From Bdellovibrionota bacterium (lineage in GTDB: Bacteria > Bdellovibrionota_C > UBA2361 > JBIKUX01), in contig JBIKUX010000003.1 of NCBI GenBank assembly GCA_044347345.1, positions 1 to 64,000 on the forward strand: a stretch of 64,000 nt of DNA, written 5' to 3'. This document shows positions 39,835-50,490 of this stretch, in pieces. Both the position numbers and the translations under genes were made by a program. The notes beneath the pieces were generated by a model, which made no database searches, was not told where the DNA came from, and worked only from the letters and a program-made list of their open reading frames with translations. Every line of letters begins with the position of its first letter. Position 1 is the stretch's first letter.

Positions 39835-40018
39835 ATCTACGGAGATGCCGTGCGACCCTCCCCCTTCAGGTATGACTGAGTATAGACACTCTTGGCATTC
39901 GGTAATGAGCCTGACGTAGTCGTTGTAGACTCTGCCGGGAGCCCGCACGCGCCAAAATTCAATAAAAAAGGCAGGTCCAAATTTGTTCTAAACTATTCTG
40001 TTGTGGCCGCCTGTAGGT
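39835..40018 (+). ncRNA. Candidate structured non-coding RNA, identity unresolved
   Basis: GC-rich block in AT-rich intergenic DNA; nested pairings ATCTACGG/CTGTAGGT, GTGCG/CGCAC, CTCCC/GGGAG, CATT-CGGT-AATG; TGGTATGAG just upstream. Confidence 0.35.
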
Positions 40019-40382
40019 TTAAAAGCATAAGATAAGGAAAGCCTTTAATTTTTAAAATATCAGCTATATAACTGTGAGGCTAAAAAGAGCTTCTGGGGAA
40101 AAATGCTAAGGTTAGATTTTTGACTCAATTTTACGCCAGAGGGAAAATGGATAGGTAAAGGTGTAATTTGAGTCGATACGTGTGTGTAGAGTAGATTAGC
40201 CGATAAATGAGTTGAGTTGAGCTGAGTTAAGTTAGAGGGGATGGTAAGGGAAACTTAAGTGTGCTCTTATGAGTTAATTAAGAGAAAATATTGGGTCTAG
40301 GCTACGCGTAAGGTTACCTTAAAGCCACTACACCGTCTTAAGCGGTTGAGAAAAAAGGTTATCTCTAGCAAAGAAGTAACTT

Positions 40383-40464
40383 AAAGAAACAGGCGGCGAA
40401 AGAGAAGCAGGCGGCGAAATAGATACAGGTGGTGAAAGAGAAACAGGTGGTGAAATAGATACAG
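40383..40464. repeat. 18-bp degenerate tandem repeat x about 4.5
   Basis: AAAGAGAAGCAGGCGGCG / AAATAGATACAGGTGGTG / AAAGAGAAACAGGTGGTG. Confidence 0.8.
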
Positions 40465-40749
40465 AGCCTCATAAAAAAGTACCCGATAGGGAAGAGGCCT
40501 GAGAGTTTTTATCTGAGAGTTTTTAGCAGTGTCGCTAATCTTATATAGTTTGGTGACTTGTTGTTTGGTGACTTGTAGTTTGGGACTTAGCCTACTTGGT
40601 TCGTAGGCGAAAAATTTTAGTAAGTAAGAAAAAAATTCAGTAAAGAAATAAATTTAGTTAAAAAGTTTTAAATAATGAGCAAAAACGACATTAATTTATA
40701 TTTTTACTGATTTTTTTTGTAAAGTAACGACTAATTTGGATTAAAAAAG

Positions 40750-41439
40750 ATGAGTAAGATTTTTTCAGGATGTACTTTACCCAAAATTCTTTACTTTTCT
40801 CTTTTTATTTTATTTTGTTCCTGTTCATCTACCTACTTTAATGCAATGGAAAAGCTTGGATATCCCAAGCGCGATATCTTGGTAAAGAGGGTAGCTAGTG
40901 CTAAAGATAGTCAACTGGAAGCAAAGGAGGAGTTTCGTAGCGCTTTAGAGAGGTATCGTGAGGTAATTAATTTTTCTGGTGGCGATTTAGAAGATAAGTA
41001 TAACGACTTAAAGTCACAACTAAATTCTTGTGAGAGTCGGGCTGCTGAAGTTAGAAAGAGAATAAGTTCGGTAGCTGAGGTCTCTACCGCGCTTTTTAAC
41101 GAGTGGCAGAATGAGCTTGATACTTTTAGCAACCAGTCGTTAAAGAGAAAAAGTAATGATCAGTTAAATAGAGCACAAAGACAATCGCATAAACTCTTAG
41201 CTGTAATGCGTGAAGCAGAGGCTAGGTTAGAACCAGCTCTTCGTCCACTGCGAGACAATGTACTTTCTCTAAAGCATAATCTTAATGCTCGAGCTATTTC
41301 GGGGCTGCAATCAGAATCAAGGTTAATTGATGAGCAAGTATCAGAGCTAGTAAGAGAATTAGAACGCTCTGTGCATGAAGCGGAGAAGTATATTGAGTCA
41401 CTCTCAGAAGCAGAAGAAGCAGAAGAAGAAGTAAAATAA
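40750..41439 (+). CDS. DUF2959 family lipoprotein
   Basis: Lipobox-like FCSC, YFNAMEKLGYPKRDILVKRV, ALFNEWQNEL, LKHNLNARAI. Confidence 0.88.
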   Translation: MSKIFSGCTLPKILYFSLFILFCSCSSTYFNAMEKLGYPKRDILVKRVASAKDSQLEAKEEFRSALERYREVINFSGGDLEDKYNDLKSQLNSCESRAAEVRKRISSVAEVSTALFNEWQNELDTFSNQSLKRKSNDQLNRAQRQSHKLLAVMREAEARLEPALRPLRDNVLSLKHNLNARAISGLQSESRLIDEQVSELVRELERSVHEAEKYIESLSEAEEAEEEVK

Positions 41440-41621
41440 CAAAGACTGGTATCAGATAATTATACTTTTAATTAAGTAATACCAATCGCACTAGCAATAA
41501 AGAGTAAAAGTCAAAGGTTAGTTTGTATAGGTTTTAATAAATTAAATTTTTTTTTGATACCAAGCACTACTTTAAAAAAAGTATCATAACCTACAGGTAG
41601 TTTGTTTAAAAAAATTAATTT

Positions 41622-42333
<712 letters not shown>

Positions 42334-42342
42334 CGTTTTAAT

Positions 42343-43374
42343 TTAATTTCGATATTGTATGTAGCGAAAGCTCCATCGGTAATTTTGGTTAAATTGCTTA
42401 TTATTCTGGAGCCAAGCCTTGTATATACCGCCAGCAAAAATTTGATCTCCCCGTTCGCGAAATCGCACTAAGCCAGTGTGATGGTATGCCCACGCAAAAG
42501 CGGGTGCAATCAGTAAGTTTAAGTCAGGTGCTGGTTCTGTACCTCCAGAGGATGTCTTACGGTCTGTGTATTTGAAAGCTTGTGCGCGTTTGATCCAAGT
42601 GTGTTTCCACAACCAATCTAGCATATTAACTATAGGCTTGATAATTTTTCTGTCAGAGGTTCGCTCAAAATAGCTTATGAGTGCCTGCATAGTGAGGCCT
42701 ACCATAAATGGTCTGACGTATGGAGAGCGACCACTCTGCCATTGTCGTAGATGATTTATCGATTGGTTAACAAGAGAAAATAAGCGTATTCTTTGTGGAT
42801 ATCCCGCAGCTTCTGCATCTAAGTAGCTTAAAATAGCATATGCTACTTCTCTACTTTTAAGAGATGATCTTGTAGAAGATAAGGGAGTATCATCTGCCGC
42901 AAATGAGGCAGCATGAGATAAAAGATTTATAAGTACTAATGAGAGCGGATTATTTGTATCTTGATAATTAAGGAGCATACCATGAGTGAAGTTCCAATAT
43001 CCCGGAATTTTGCCATTGTGTACCGCTACATAATTGTCTCGAAAAATATTAAGGGCTATCTCTGCGCAATCTTTCCAAAAGTTATCTTGCGTATAATCAG
43101 CGATCTTATAAAAGACTGCGGGTGCGTCATAATATGTAGTAGCTAGTAAAGTATCATGTGGTTGATTTGAATTTTTAGTTTGCTCGCAGGCACGCTTGCC
43201 AAACTCAAGCATATTGCTCTCCCAATTCGATTTTAAGGATGGAGAAAGTGAGATGTGATTAGCTGGAAATGTTTTATTTAATTTTTCAGCTAATATGTTT
43301 GTACTGTCTACTAAATAAACAAGTTTTGTAAAAGCTACGAAAATAAATATTCGACACCATTTATTATTTACCAT
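42343..43374 (-). CDS. Hypothetical exported, aromatic-rich helical protein at the end of the EPS operon
   Basis: Signal-like N-terminus; YYDA, SREVAYA, PFMVGLT, APDLNLLIAPA, KQFNQNYRWS. Confidence 0.75.
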   Translation of the reverse strand: MVNNKWCRIFIFVAFTKLVYLVDSTNILAEKLNKTFPANHISLSPSLKSNWESNMLEFGKRACEQTKNSNQPHDTLLATTYYDAPAVFYKIADYTQDNFWKDCAEIALNIFRDNYVAVHNGKIPGYWNFTHGMLLNYQDTNNPLSLVLINLLSHAASFAADDTPLSSTRSSLKSREVAYAILSYLDAEAAGYPQRIRLFSLVNQSINHLRQWQSGRSPYVRPFMVGLTMQALISYFERTSDRKIIKPIVNMLDWLWKHTWIKRAQAFKYTDRKTSSGGTEPAPDLNLLIAPAFAWAYHHTGLVRFRERGDQIFAGGIYKAWLQNNKQFNQNYRWSFRYIQYRN

Positions 43375-43385
43375 ACTCGTACATT

Positions 43386-44516
43386 TTAAACAGATAACTC
43401 CTTTGATTGTCGGTTAACATCTGTTATTACCTCTGCTCGTGGAGAGCGTAAAAAGTTATTTCTAAGAATCGCCTCAACTCCTGATACTTTGGATATAACC
43501 TGAGTGATTGTGTCATAAAAGTTTATGCTTACTCGGGGTAGAGAAAACTTTTTATTTGATTCTGGGTCAAAAACAGTTGGCAAAATATGACCATAGTTTG
43601 TCGAAAAAGCCAGAGAAAACCCTGCCTCACGAATAAGAGAATGTTCTCGTTCGCCAACGTGAGCACAATCACCATAAGGGTAGGCAAAGGTTTTAATTTC
43701 TCGTCCAAGTTCAGCCTCCATTTGAAGCTTATTTTTTTTTATCTCTTCACAAGCCTCATCAATACTTAGAGAACTTAGGCTTGGGTGGCTTACAGTGTGA
43801 CATCCAAGAGTGATTAGAGGATGACTATCGAGTGAGCGTAACTCCTCCCAAGAAAGCATTGGTGATTCTGAGGAAACCGGGAAAGTAACATTACTTTTTT
43901 TGGCAATGAAGGATATTGCTGATGCACATTCGGCAGGATGAAGTAATTTTAGTTTAGCAGCTAATTTAAATAAATTTTGGTAATTTCTTTTCCCCGACTC
44001 ATCATAAATTGAGTATGATTCATTGTTATATTGTAGCGTATTTTCAGATGTAGAATGAAATATTGAATCAAGCTCAATCCACCAAGGAACCAAATCATGA
44101 TCTGCAAATTTTGAGGTAATAAAAATTGTTGCTGGTACTCGGTATTTTTCGAGTAAGGGTAGAGCATTTGTTAAATTATCTCGGTAACCGTCATCAAAGG
44201 TAACCAGTAATGTATCTTTGGGTAAATGCCTACCGTTTATTACAGATTCAGCTAATTGTTCAATAGAAATACAGCTAAAGTTATTTGTGAAATAAGCTAG
44301 CTGCTCCTCAAGAGCATCACGGTGAACTGATATACCGCTTAAGCTTCCGATTTCATCGGTGTCTACTATACGATGGTATAAAACACATGTTGCTAAGCCA
44401 CGATAATACCTGCGTATAGCCCCAAATGGTTGAGAAGATAACAGTAGTCTGACGTAAGGAGCTAAACGCTGAAGAGCAGAGCGTGAGGCTAATTTTGAAC
44501 AATTCGAGTTCATCAC
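43386..44516 (-). CDS. Polysaccharide deacetylase (CE4/NodB)
   Basis: VLYHRI, VTFDDGYRDN, GCHTVSHPSL, FAYPYG, LPRV. Confidence 0.93.
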   Translation of the reverse strand: MMNSNCSKLASRSALQRLAPYVRLLLSSQPFGAIRRYYRGLATCVLYHRIVDTDEIGSLSGISVHRDALEEQLAYFTNNFSCISIEQLAESVINGRHLPKDTLLVTFDDGYRDNLTNALPLLEKYRVPATIFITSKFADHDLVPWWIELDSIFHSTSENTLQYNNESYSIYDESGKRNYQNLFKLAAKLKLLHPAECASAISFIAKKSNVTFPVSSESPMLSWEELRSLDSHPLITLGCHTVSHPSLSSLSIDEACEEIKKNKLQMEAELGREIKTFAYPYGDCAHVGEREHSLIREAGFSLAFSTNYGHILPTVFDPESNKKFSLPRVSINFYDTITQVISKVSGVEAILRNNFLRSPRAEVITDVNRQSKELSV

Positions 44517-45793
44517 TAGGCTCCTCGAGATGGAACACAGGAAAGATCTTTTTTATCTAAATTTGATACTATTTTGTGGTCGCTTATTTGATTGATTATT
44601 TTTTGGCAATCAGTTGCAGAGCGACTATCGTTACAGTAATCACGTAAGCTAGTCCACGCTTGTTGTCCAAGTTCTTCGAGTGATTCTACAGAAATAGTGG
44701 TTATTAATTTGCGCCACTCATCAGTATCATCACTGATAAGAGCGCTGTAATCATGAGTCAGAGGTATACCCATTGTTCCGATAGTTGTTGAAAGGCACGG
44801 TCTTCCAAACTGAGCAGCTTCAATTGTTTTTACTCGCACTCCTGATCCAAACCGCACTGGTACTATTGCTAAATGGCACTTGCTGTAAATTGGTGCAACA
44901 TTTTTAAGATGCGATAATATTTCTATGTTATGCATTGTTTTATAATTGTTAAGCCAGCGGCCTGCTCCGCTACCTGCTATAGTAAGATGGATATTTTGGC
45001 GGGTAGAAAGAACATAAGGCCATATTTCTGTTAAAAACCAAGAAAGCCCATCGCGGTTAGGAGGCCAGTCTAAACGACCTATAAATAGAAGTCTGAGGGT
45101 ATCGTCTTTTTCCCATTTTGGAGGCTTAGGAAATGAAAAACCTACTGGAACGGTGACTGGCGGGCAATTGTCGCAACACCATTTGGAAAGAATTTTTGCA
45201 TCAACATCGCTTACAGTTAGGATTTTTGAGGCGAGATGACATACTGATGATTCTAGCTGAGCTACTCGTTTAGCTTCAAATCTTACAATTGGTCTAATTA
45301 TTGGTCTAAAGCAAAGCGGTATCGAGCTTAAAAAGGTGCTATTTTGGTTCCACAGTTCTGATTCAGCGTTTTGCGCGCGATAAATAAAAGGTAATGATGT
45401 TTTGGATGTAACAATCCGAGAGGCGATAGTGGCAGTGTGTAAACCTTCCGCTACAACAGCTTTCCAAGGCATGGAGACGATTAGATTTTCTAACGTGGTC
45501 AGGATCTTTGGAGTAAAAAAACGAGCATAGGTAAATGGAGCATTCCACAAGTATCGAAGAGTGTTTAAGCTATATTTACTTGAAATAGGGATAATAGTCG
45601 AACGTAAGATACCGCACTCTTGTTCAAACGCCTGTAAGGAAGAAATTTCAATTTCTGTAGGCGATAAAGCAGCAACGACAATCTCTTCCCCTAAATTACT
45701 TAAAGAACGAAGAAGAGATTGAGAAGCAACTCTGGCTCCGTCAATAGGAGGATGTGGAAACCAAGGTGTTATCCATAGTACTGGGGCTTTCAT
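44516..45793 (-). CDS. Glycosyltransferase family 4
   Basis: FPHPPIDGA, FIGRLDWPPNRDGL, IVPVRFGSGVRVKTIEA. Confidence 0.9.
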   Translation of the reverse strand: MKAPVLWITPWFPHPPIDGARVASQSLLRSLSNLGEEIVVAALSPTEIEISSLQAFEQECGILRSTIIPISSKYSLNTLRYLWNAPFTYARFFTPKILTTLENLIVSMPWKAVVAEGLHTATIASRIVTSKTSLPFIYRAQNAESELWNQNSTFLSSIPLCFRPIIRPIVRFEAKRVAQLESSVCHLASKILTVSDVDAKILSKWCCDNCPPVTVPVGFSFPKPPKWEKDDTLRLLFIGRLDWPPNRDGLSWFLTEIWPYVLSTRQNIHLTIAGSGAGRWLNNYKTMHNIEILSHLKNVAPIYSKCHLAIVPVRFGSGVRVKTIEAAQFGRPCLSTTIGTMGIPLTHDYSALISDDTDEWRKLITTISVESLEELGQQAWTSLRDYCNDSRSATDCQKIINQISDHKIVSNLDKKDLSCVPSRGA

Positions 45794-45796
45794 AAG

Positions 45797-47254
45797 CTAT
45801 ATAGATTTAACTTTCAATGATTTATTTGCTGAATTTGGCAGTGTTCTAGCCGCTCTAGCCGCTAAACTTATTATTGCAACAAGGAGGTAGGGAAGAATCA
45901 GGTATGTATGACTAAGAAATGACATAACGATAACATAGCCAATGAATGCTAGAGTAATTCCTGGATACTGCGAGCGTAATTTCCATGCTAGTACGCCCCC
46001 ATAACCGATGAAGGCACAAAAAAGTAGTAAGCCTAAAATACTTCCTTCTGCAAGTGGAATAATCCATGAAGAATGAGCACTTCTTTCTCCGTGTTCTATT
46101 CGTACTAAAGCATACTTTTCATATTCTTTTTCGAAATTGCCCATACCTACCCCAAAGATTGGATTGGCTTTGGCCATTTGCAAACCTGCTATGGCAAAGT
46201 ACAGACGAGATTGTTTTGATAGTAGAAGATCTTCAGCGTCACGTTCTATGAATTGAACCGCAACCATAGTTATACAAATTATTATTACTGGCATTAAGAA
46301 ACGGATTAGTGTGCTACGAATCGTAAAAATACTGTAAGCAAATACCATGGCACTAAGAGCTATTAGAGCGCCTCGCGATTTAGTCAACCAAATAGCTGAG
46401 AGAGTAACAAACGTTAAAATTGTATTAATGATGAAGGTTACCGGAATTATTCTTAGGGACCTTTTTTTTGTAAGTTGTTTTGAAGGAAATAAGATTAGTG
46501 GCAATGCAATCACACCGATAGCTGCTAAATCGTTTGAATTACCGAAATAACCAAGTCCTTGTAGGCGAGTTGTAAAAATTGACTGATTTGGATTAAGTGA
46601 GTTAGTAAACAGAATAGCATTAACAAGAATGCTCACTAATGATAGATATGTACTTTTTAAAAGTGCCTCAACTTCATGGTCTGTTGTAACGCAGTGAAGG
46701 GCGGCAAACCATAAAAAAATTACAGGATAAAATCTTTCAAAAAAAAACGATAAACCAGCAGTTCCTCCGCCAGACCCAATAATTGAGAGAAGTGTCCAAG
46801 CCAAATACGTGGTAAGAAGAGTCGCTAATTGGTTCCAGTAAAGAGAGAAGTCATTTCGGCGGGTATGGTAAATAAGCCATGATAAAATACTCAAAAGAGA
46901 AAAAAGTTTAGGAAGAATGGCGATAGACTCATTTGTTGGTAAAAACTCCCAAGGACGCAGTAATAAAACAGATATAAGTAGTGTTATACCACATAACGGA
47001 TGCACTAAACTGAGTGCTACACCTAACGCGCATGCGGTAGCGAGAATGGCTTGGTCAAGACCAAAAAATAAAGAGAAAACTATAGTAAGAAATGCCGTTA
47101 CTCCTCCAACAAAAATAATTCCCAACGGTGATAATACTGAGCGATATTCTTCTGGTGTTGGATAGCGTAAAAATCTAAAAAGGATAATCGATACGCAAAA
47201 AAGGCATCCGCTTATCACCATTGCTGCTGGCGCATACTGAGCGGGCGGTAACAT
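45797..47254 (-). CDS. O-antigen ligase/Wzy-like polymerase family protein
   Basis: Many TM segments, GNSNDLA, LTKSRGA, NPIFGVGMGNF, SAHSSW. Confidence 0.88.
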   Translation of the reverse strand: MLPPAQYAPAAMVISGCLFCVSIILFRFLRYPTPEEYRSVLSPLGIIFVGGVTAFLTIVFSLFFGLDQAILATACALGVALSLVHPLCGITLLISVLLLRPWEFLPTNESIAILPKLFSLLSILSWLIYHTRRNDFSLYWNQLATLLTTYLAWTLLSIIGSGGGTAGLSFFFERFYPVIFLWFAALHCVTTDHEVEALLKSTYLSLVSILVNAILFTNSLNPNQSIFTTRLQGLGYFGNSNDLAAIGVIALPLILFPSKQLTKKRSLRIIPVTFIINTILTFVTLSAIWLTKSRGALIALSAMVFAYSIFTIRSTLIRFLMPVIIICITMVAVQFIERDAEDLLLSKQSRLYFAIAGLQMAKANPIFGVGMGNFEKEYEKYALVRIEHGERSAHSSWIIPLAEGSILGLLLFCAFIGYGGVLAWKLRSQYPGITLAFIGYVIVMSFLSHTYLILPYLLVAIISLAARAARTLPNSANKSLKVKSI

Positions 47255-47280
47255 AATATTGCCCTTAGTTGGAAAGATCT

Positions 47281-48474
47281 TTACTCATCGTTATTGGTTT
47301 TTTGTGCAGGTGGCAAAGCGCGTATTTCATCGTATCCGATTAGTAAAGTTTTTTCTGTATTTTTCATTAGAGGAAGCTCTCCGATGAATTGAGTATCAAG
47401 GGCTATTGCAGCTGTTTGTGGGGAAATTAGGGTGCGTCGCTTTGTTTCACTGGCTAAGATTATTCCAACTGAAATAAAGCTAGCCAGTAATGCTGCAAAT
47501 ACCGAAGCAACTTTGATATTGGGGAAAAATGGCTTAGTGGGTAATGATGGTTGCTGCAGTATAGAAAGAAATGACATCGATTCTGAGCCTCTCTCCATTG
47601 ATAAAGCTATTGAAAGATAAGAAAGCTTACGTAAAAGGTCATTATAAAGATTTTCTAATGAGGAAGATGAGCCATCGTTTGAGATTGCGGCGGCTATCGC
47701 GTCTGTGTCGTTAGACTGTGGCAAAGGAGCCTCATTACCCTTTTCTTTAACAATCTGAGCTTTCATAGCTACGGCTTGATTTATAAGTTCAGCTACTTCA
47801 GGATGTTTGTCGGTATATTTTTGTCGTATTGCAGCTAAATCGGTATTTACCTTTCTAAGTTCGTCTTCAAGATGTTTTGCATTTGATACTTTTTTAGCTC
47901 GAGTTAGAGCTTTTGCCAAAAATTTAGTTTGTTCTTGGATAGCGTTGCGAGCTTTTTCAAGACTGCGATAACGCTCTTCTACTAAGACGGCTATCATTCT
48001 ACTCATGACGGCTTGCATTAAATGAAAAGCTTGATTTGCGTTATCTTGAACAGATGATAGCTGCACAGTAGTGGGGCTTAAAGTAAAATATTCTATTTTT
48101 TCTCGTAACTGGTCTCTTTCCTCAATACGTCTTCGTGTGTCTCTTGGATATTGGTAAATTTTGAAGTTCTCTCCAAGTGAATCAAGAAATTCCTCATTCA
48201 TAGCAAATTTAAGAAGAGAAATTCGTTGAGCATTTAGTTCTCCAGGTTCTGATGGCTCTGGAACTAATTCTCGTACGAGCGGATTGCTAAAGTAGCTAGA
48301 TGGGATATTAAGAATTGCTGTTGATTTAAATTTTTTTGGAAGTTGCTGTACAACCAGAAATGTGCCGGTAAAGACTACTATCCAAACCAGTAGGACTGTC
48401 ACGGCATGGCGCCGAATCAGTTGAAATATCTCCGTTAATTCAAGATTGTGTTCAACGAGTAAATTGTTCATCAC
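47281..48474 (-). CDS. Polysaccharide co-polymerase (Wzz/GumC, Wzc N-terminal type)
   Basis: Two flanking TM helices, coiled coil, YTDKHPEV, QQPSLPTKPFFPN. Confidence 0.85.
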   Translation of the reverse strand: MMNNLLVEHNLELTEIFQLIRRHAVTVLLVWIVVFTGTFLVVQQLPKKFKSTAILNIPSSYFSNPLVRELVPEPSEPGELNAQRISLLKFAMNEEFLDSLGENFKIYQYPRDTRRRIEERDQLREKIEYFTLSPTTVQLSSVQDNANQAFHLMQAVMSRMIAVLVEERYRSLEKARNAIQEQTKFLAKALTRAKKVSNAKHLEDELRKVNTDLAAIRQKYTDKHPEVAELINQAVAMKAQIVKEKGNEAPLPQSNDTDAIAAAISNDGSSSSLENLYNDLLRKLSYLSIALSMERGSESMSFLSILQQPSLPTKPFFPNIKVASVFAALLASFISVGIILASETKRRTLISPQTAAIALDTQFIGELPLMKNTEKTLLIGYDEIRALPPAQKTNNDE

Positions 48475-49211
48475 GATTTTCCCCGTTTAATAGAAACCCA
48501 AGGATTGTGAATAGTTCCAATGATAGGAATGTTGCAACGATTAAGTTCTTCTCTGAGCGAGTTTAAAATACTTGTATCAAGTGATATCGGCGAGGTAAGA
48601 ATTAAAACACCATCGACTTGTCCACCTACGACTATTGGGTCAAAACCTTGATAATTAGAGGCCTGAAGAGGGAGGGTATCAACTAAAATTAAATCGTATG
48701 AGGGTTTAAGGCTGGTGAGGAGATCTTTGAATATGAACTCAAGTGATCCGTTCCCTTCATTTAAAGAAAACCCAGGTTGTTTATTGGAGGAGTTTGATGA
48801 ATCCAAAACGGTAGGGAGATTGGTAGCATGATTAGGCAATAGTGGGTCGTGATAAAAATATGAGTGATTTTTGGTGTGTTCAATAGTTAGTAGATGAATG
48901 ACTCCACTTTTGCTCTCGAAAAGTGTTCCCGCACTTCGCCGAAGAATCGACCGTAATGGAAATTCGCCACGGTTTTTCTCTCGGATTGTATCAATCACCA
49001 AAACTCTTTTTAATAGGAGTGAGGCAAACCCAACAGCGAGCGCCGCTGTAAAGAAACTTCGTCCCTCTTGAGCAAAGCGACTTATTATTGAGATGCTTGA
49101 AGCTGAATTCGATGTTTGCACTGCTTGGAGCTGTCGTAAAAGGCGTCGAAACTCTGGAGTGCGAATGTAAGAAGAGAATGGCCCTGAATTTGATGTATTA
49201 TCAGTTACCAT
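48471..49211 (-). CDS. CpsD/CapB-like tyrosine kinase domain, degenerate
   Basis: EFRRL, SRFAQEGRS (Walker A-like), RVLVIDT, YDLILVDTLP; adjacent to the co-polymerase. Confidence 0.72.
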   Translation of the reverse strand: MVTDNTSNSGPFSSYIRTPEFRRLLRQLQAVQTSNSASSISIISRFAQEGRSFFTAALAVGFASLLLKRVLVIDTIREKNRGEFPLRSILRRSAGTLFESKSGVIHLLTIEHTKNHSYFYHDPLLPNHATNLPTVLDSSNSSNKQPGFSLNEGNGSLEFIFKDLLTSLKPSYDLILVDTLPLQASNYQGFDPIVVGGQVDGVLILTSPISLDTSILNSLREELNRCNIPIIGTIHNPWVSIKRGKS

Positions 49212-49241
49212 AAATTTTGCTCTTTCTTGAGAGTACCCATT

Positions 49242-50405
49242 TTAAAATGCAAATGCTGCTAGAATAGCAGCAGCTATCGCAGAGAGCACTCCCCCAAAGC
49301 CAGATACTACTCGACTTTGTTTTTCTAGGCTTGAGGGGCTTTCAGGATAAACCATGATTGTGTCTCCTGGTTTAAGAGTTGGAGGAGTAGAGCCTTCTTC
49401 CAGAGAGAACGAGACTGATTTGGTACCTTGTGATAGAGGTCTTAATACGACGAGGTTGGTAAGATTAGCGTTAACCGTTGGACCACCAGCTTTGATTAGG
49501 TAGTAAAAAAAGTCAGCTCCTGATATGTAAGGATATTCTCCAGGATTTTCTACTTGCCCTAGCAATTTTATCGAACTAGAAGCGCTGCCTTTCTTTCTCC
49601 CACTACCTTTAAATTCACTTTGAAAAAATACTGACTCAATACCACTCCATCTAGGCGTGATGCTTCCGTAATCTTCAGTATTACTCTGGACTTCGCTAGT
49701 ACCTGCACTTGCTTGGTAGTAATCAGATAGGTGGATTGTATGACTGAGACTGCCTTGGGTAATTGTTGCGTATTTTGCGAGAGGTGTATCTCCTTTTCCT
49801 GTTAGAAGGCCGCCAGCATTAGCGATCACTTCGTCAATGGTAGCGGTCGAGGAGACAAGCACATTGCCTGGTTTAGCTACAAGACCTTTCACGCTTACAT
49901 AAACGTCAGATGACACAATAGAGGCTGTGATGACCGGATTTACCAAATATTCGCGGTAAGCGCGAGCTAAGTCACTTCGAAGAGTGCTAATTGATTTGCT
50001 AGAGGCAGATATAGTGACTCCGTAAGGTAAAGCTAAGCGACCACTAGAATCAACTTGATACTCACCAGTAATTTTTGCATCTTGTCCTGATTCGATTTTT
50101 ATCTTGTTACCAGATGCAATTATATTTGTTCCTTTATTAAGCCAACGGGGTGGACTTGTCGTACTTGATGAGAAGCTCTCATCTTCACTAGTCTGTTTAG
50201 AATCGTTTGTAGATGAAAATTTAGAGCGTTCAATGCGAGCTAGAGCTGATTCTCGTGGTGAGAGCTCGTCATTCGATTGGGTACATCCGCAAAATATAGT
50301 TCCAGCCCAAAGAGCGATAAAAGAAACAAGCGATGCGCCCGGAAGCCGAATAGGTAGATGAGCCATGCGTTCTCCGTGATCTGATGTGTTACAGTAATTC
50401 ATCAA
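49242..50405 (-). CDS. Polysaccharide export lipoprotein (Wza-like, SLBB domains)
   Basis: FCGC lipobox-like, VDSSGRLALPY, V.G.V..PG repeats, IKAGGPT, LKPGDTIMV. Confidence 0.85.
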   Translation of the reverse strand: MMNYCNTSDHGERMAHLPIRLPGASLVSFIALWAGTIFCGCTQSNDELSPRESALARIERSKFSSTNDSKQTSEDESFSSSTTSPPRWLNKGTNIIASGNKIKIESGQDAKITGEYQVDSSGRLALPYGVTISASSKSISTLRSDLARAYREYLVNPVITASIVSSDVYVSVKGLVAKPGNVLVSSTATIDEVIANAGGLLTGKGDTPLAKYATITQGSLSHTIHLSDYYQASAGTSEVQSNTEDYGSITPRWSGIESVFFQSEFKGSGRKKGSASSSIKLLGQVENPGEYPYISGADFFYYLIKAGGPTVNANLTNLVVLRPLSQGTKSVSFSLEEGSTPPTLKPGDTIMVYPESPSSLEKQSRVVSGFGGVLSAIAAAILAAFAF

Positions 50406-50490
50406 AGGAAGTAGTCAAAAAGGATATAGTCCGCGTCAGTCTTATTCTGCGTATTTGTGTATTCGGCCTGTTAAGTGCTTTTACATAATA

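Larger units (their letters stand above)
20200..40020. mobile_element. Decayed accessory island (boundaries approximate)
   Basis: Visibly higher GC than flanks, IS remnants, toxin-antitoxin pair, many pseudogenes and fragments; no integrase or att repeats found. Confidence 0.55.

Noticed and set aside
39865-40015. ZTP or fluoride riboswitch
   Set aside because: Partial words match (TGACTG, GGGAGC, CGCCTG) but the required pseudoknot partners and a suitable downstream gene are missing
16578-40464. CRISPR array
   Set aside because: All repeats are head-to-tail without unique spacers; no cas genes
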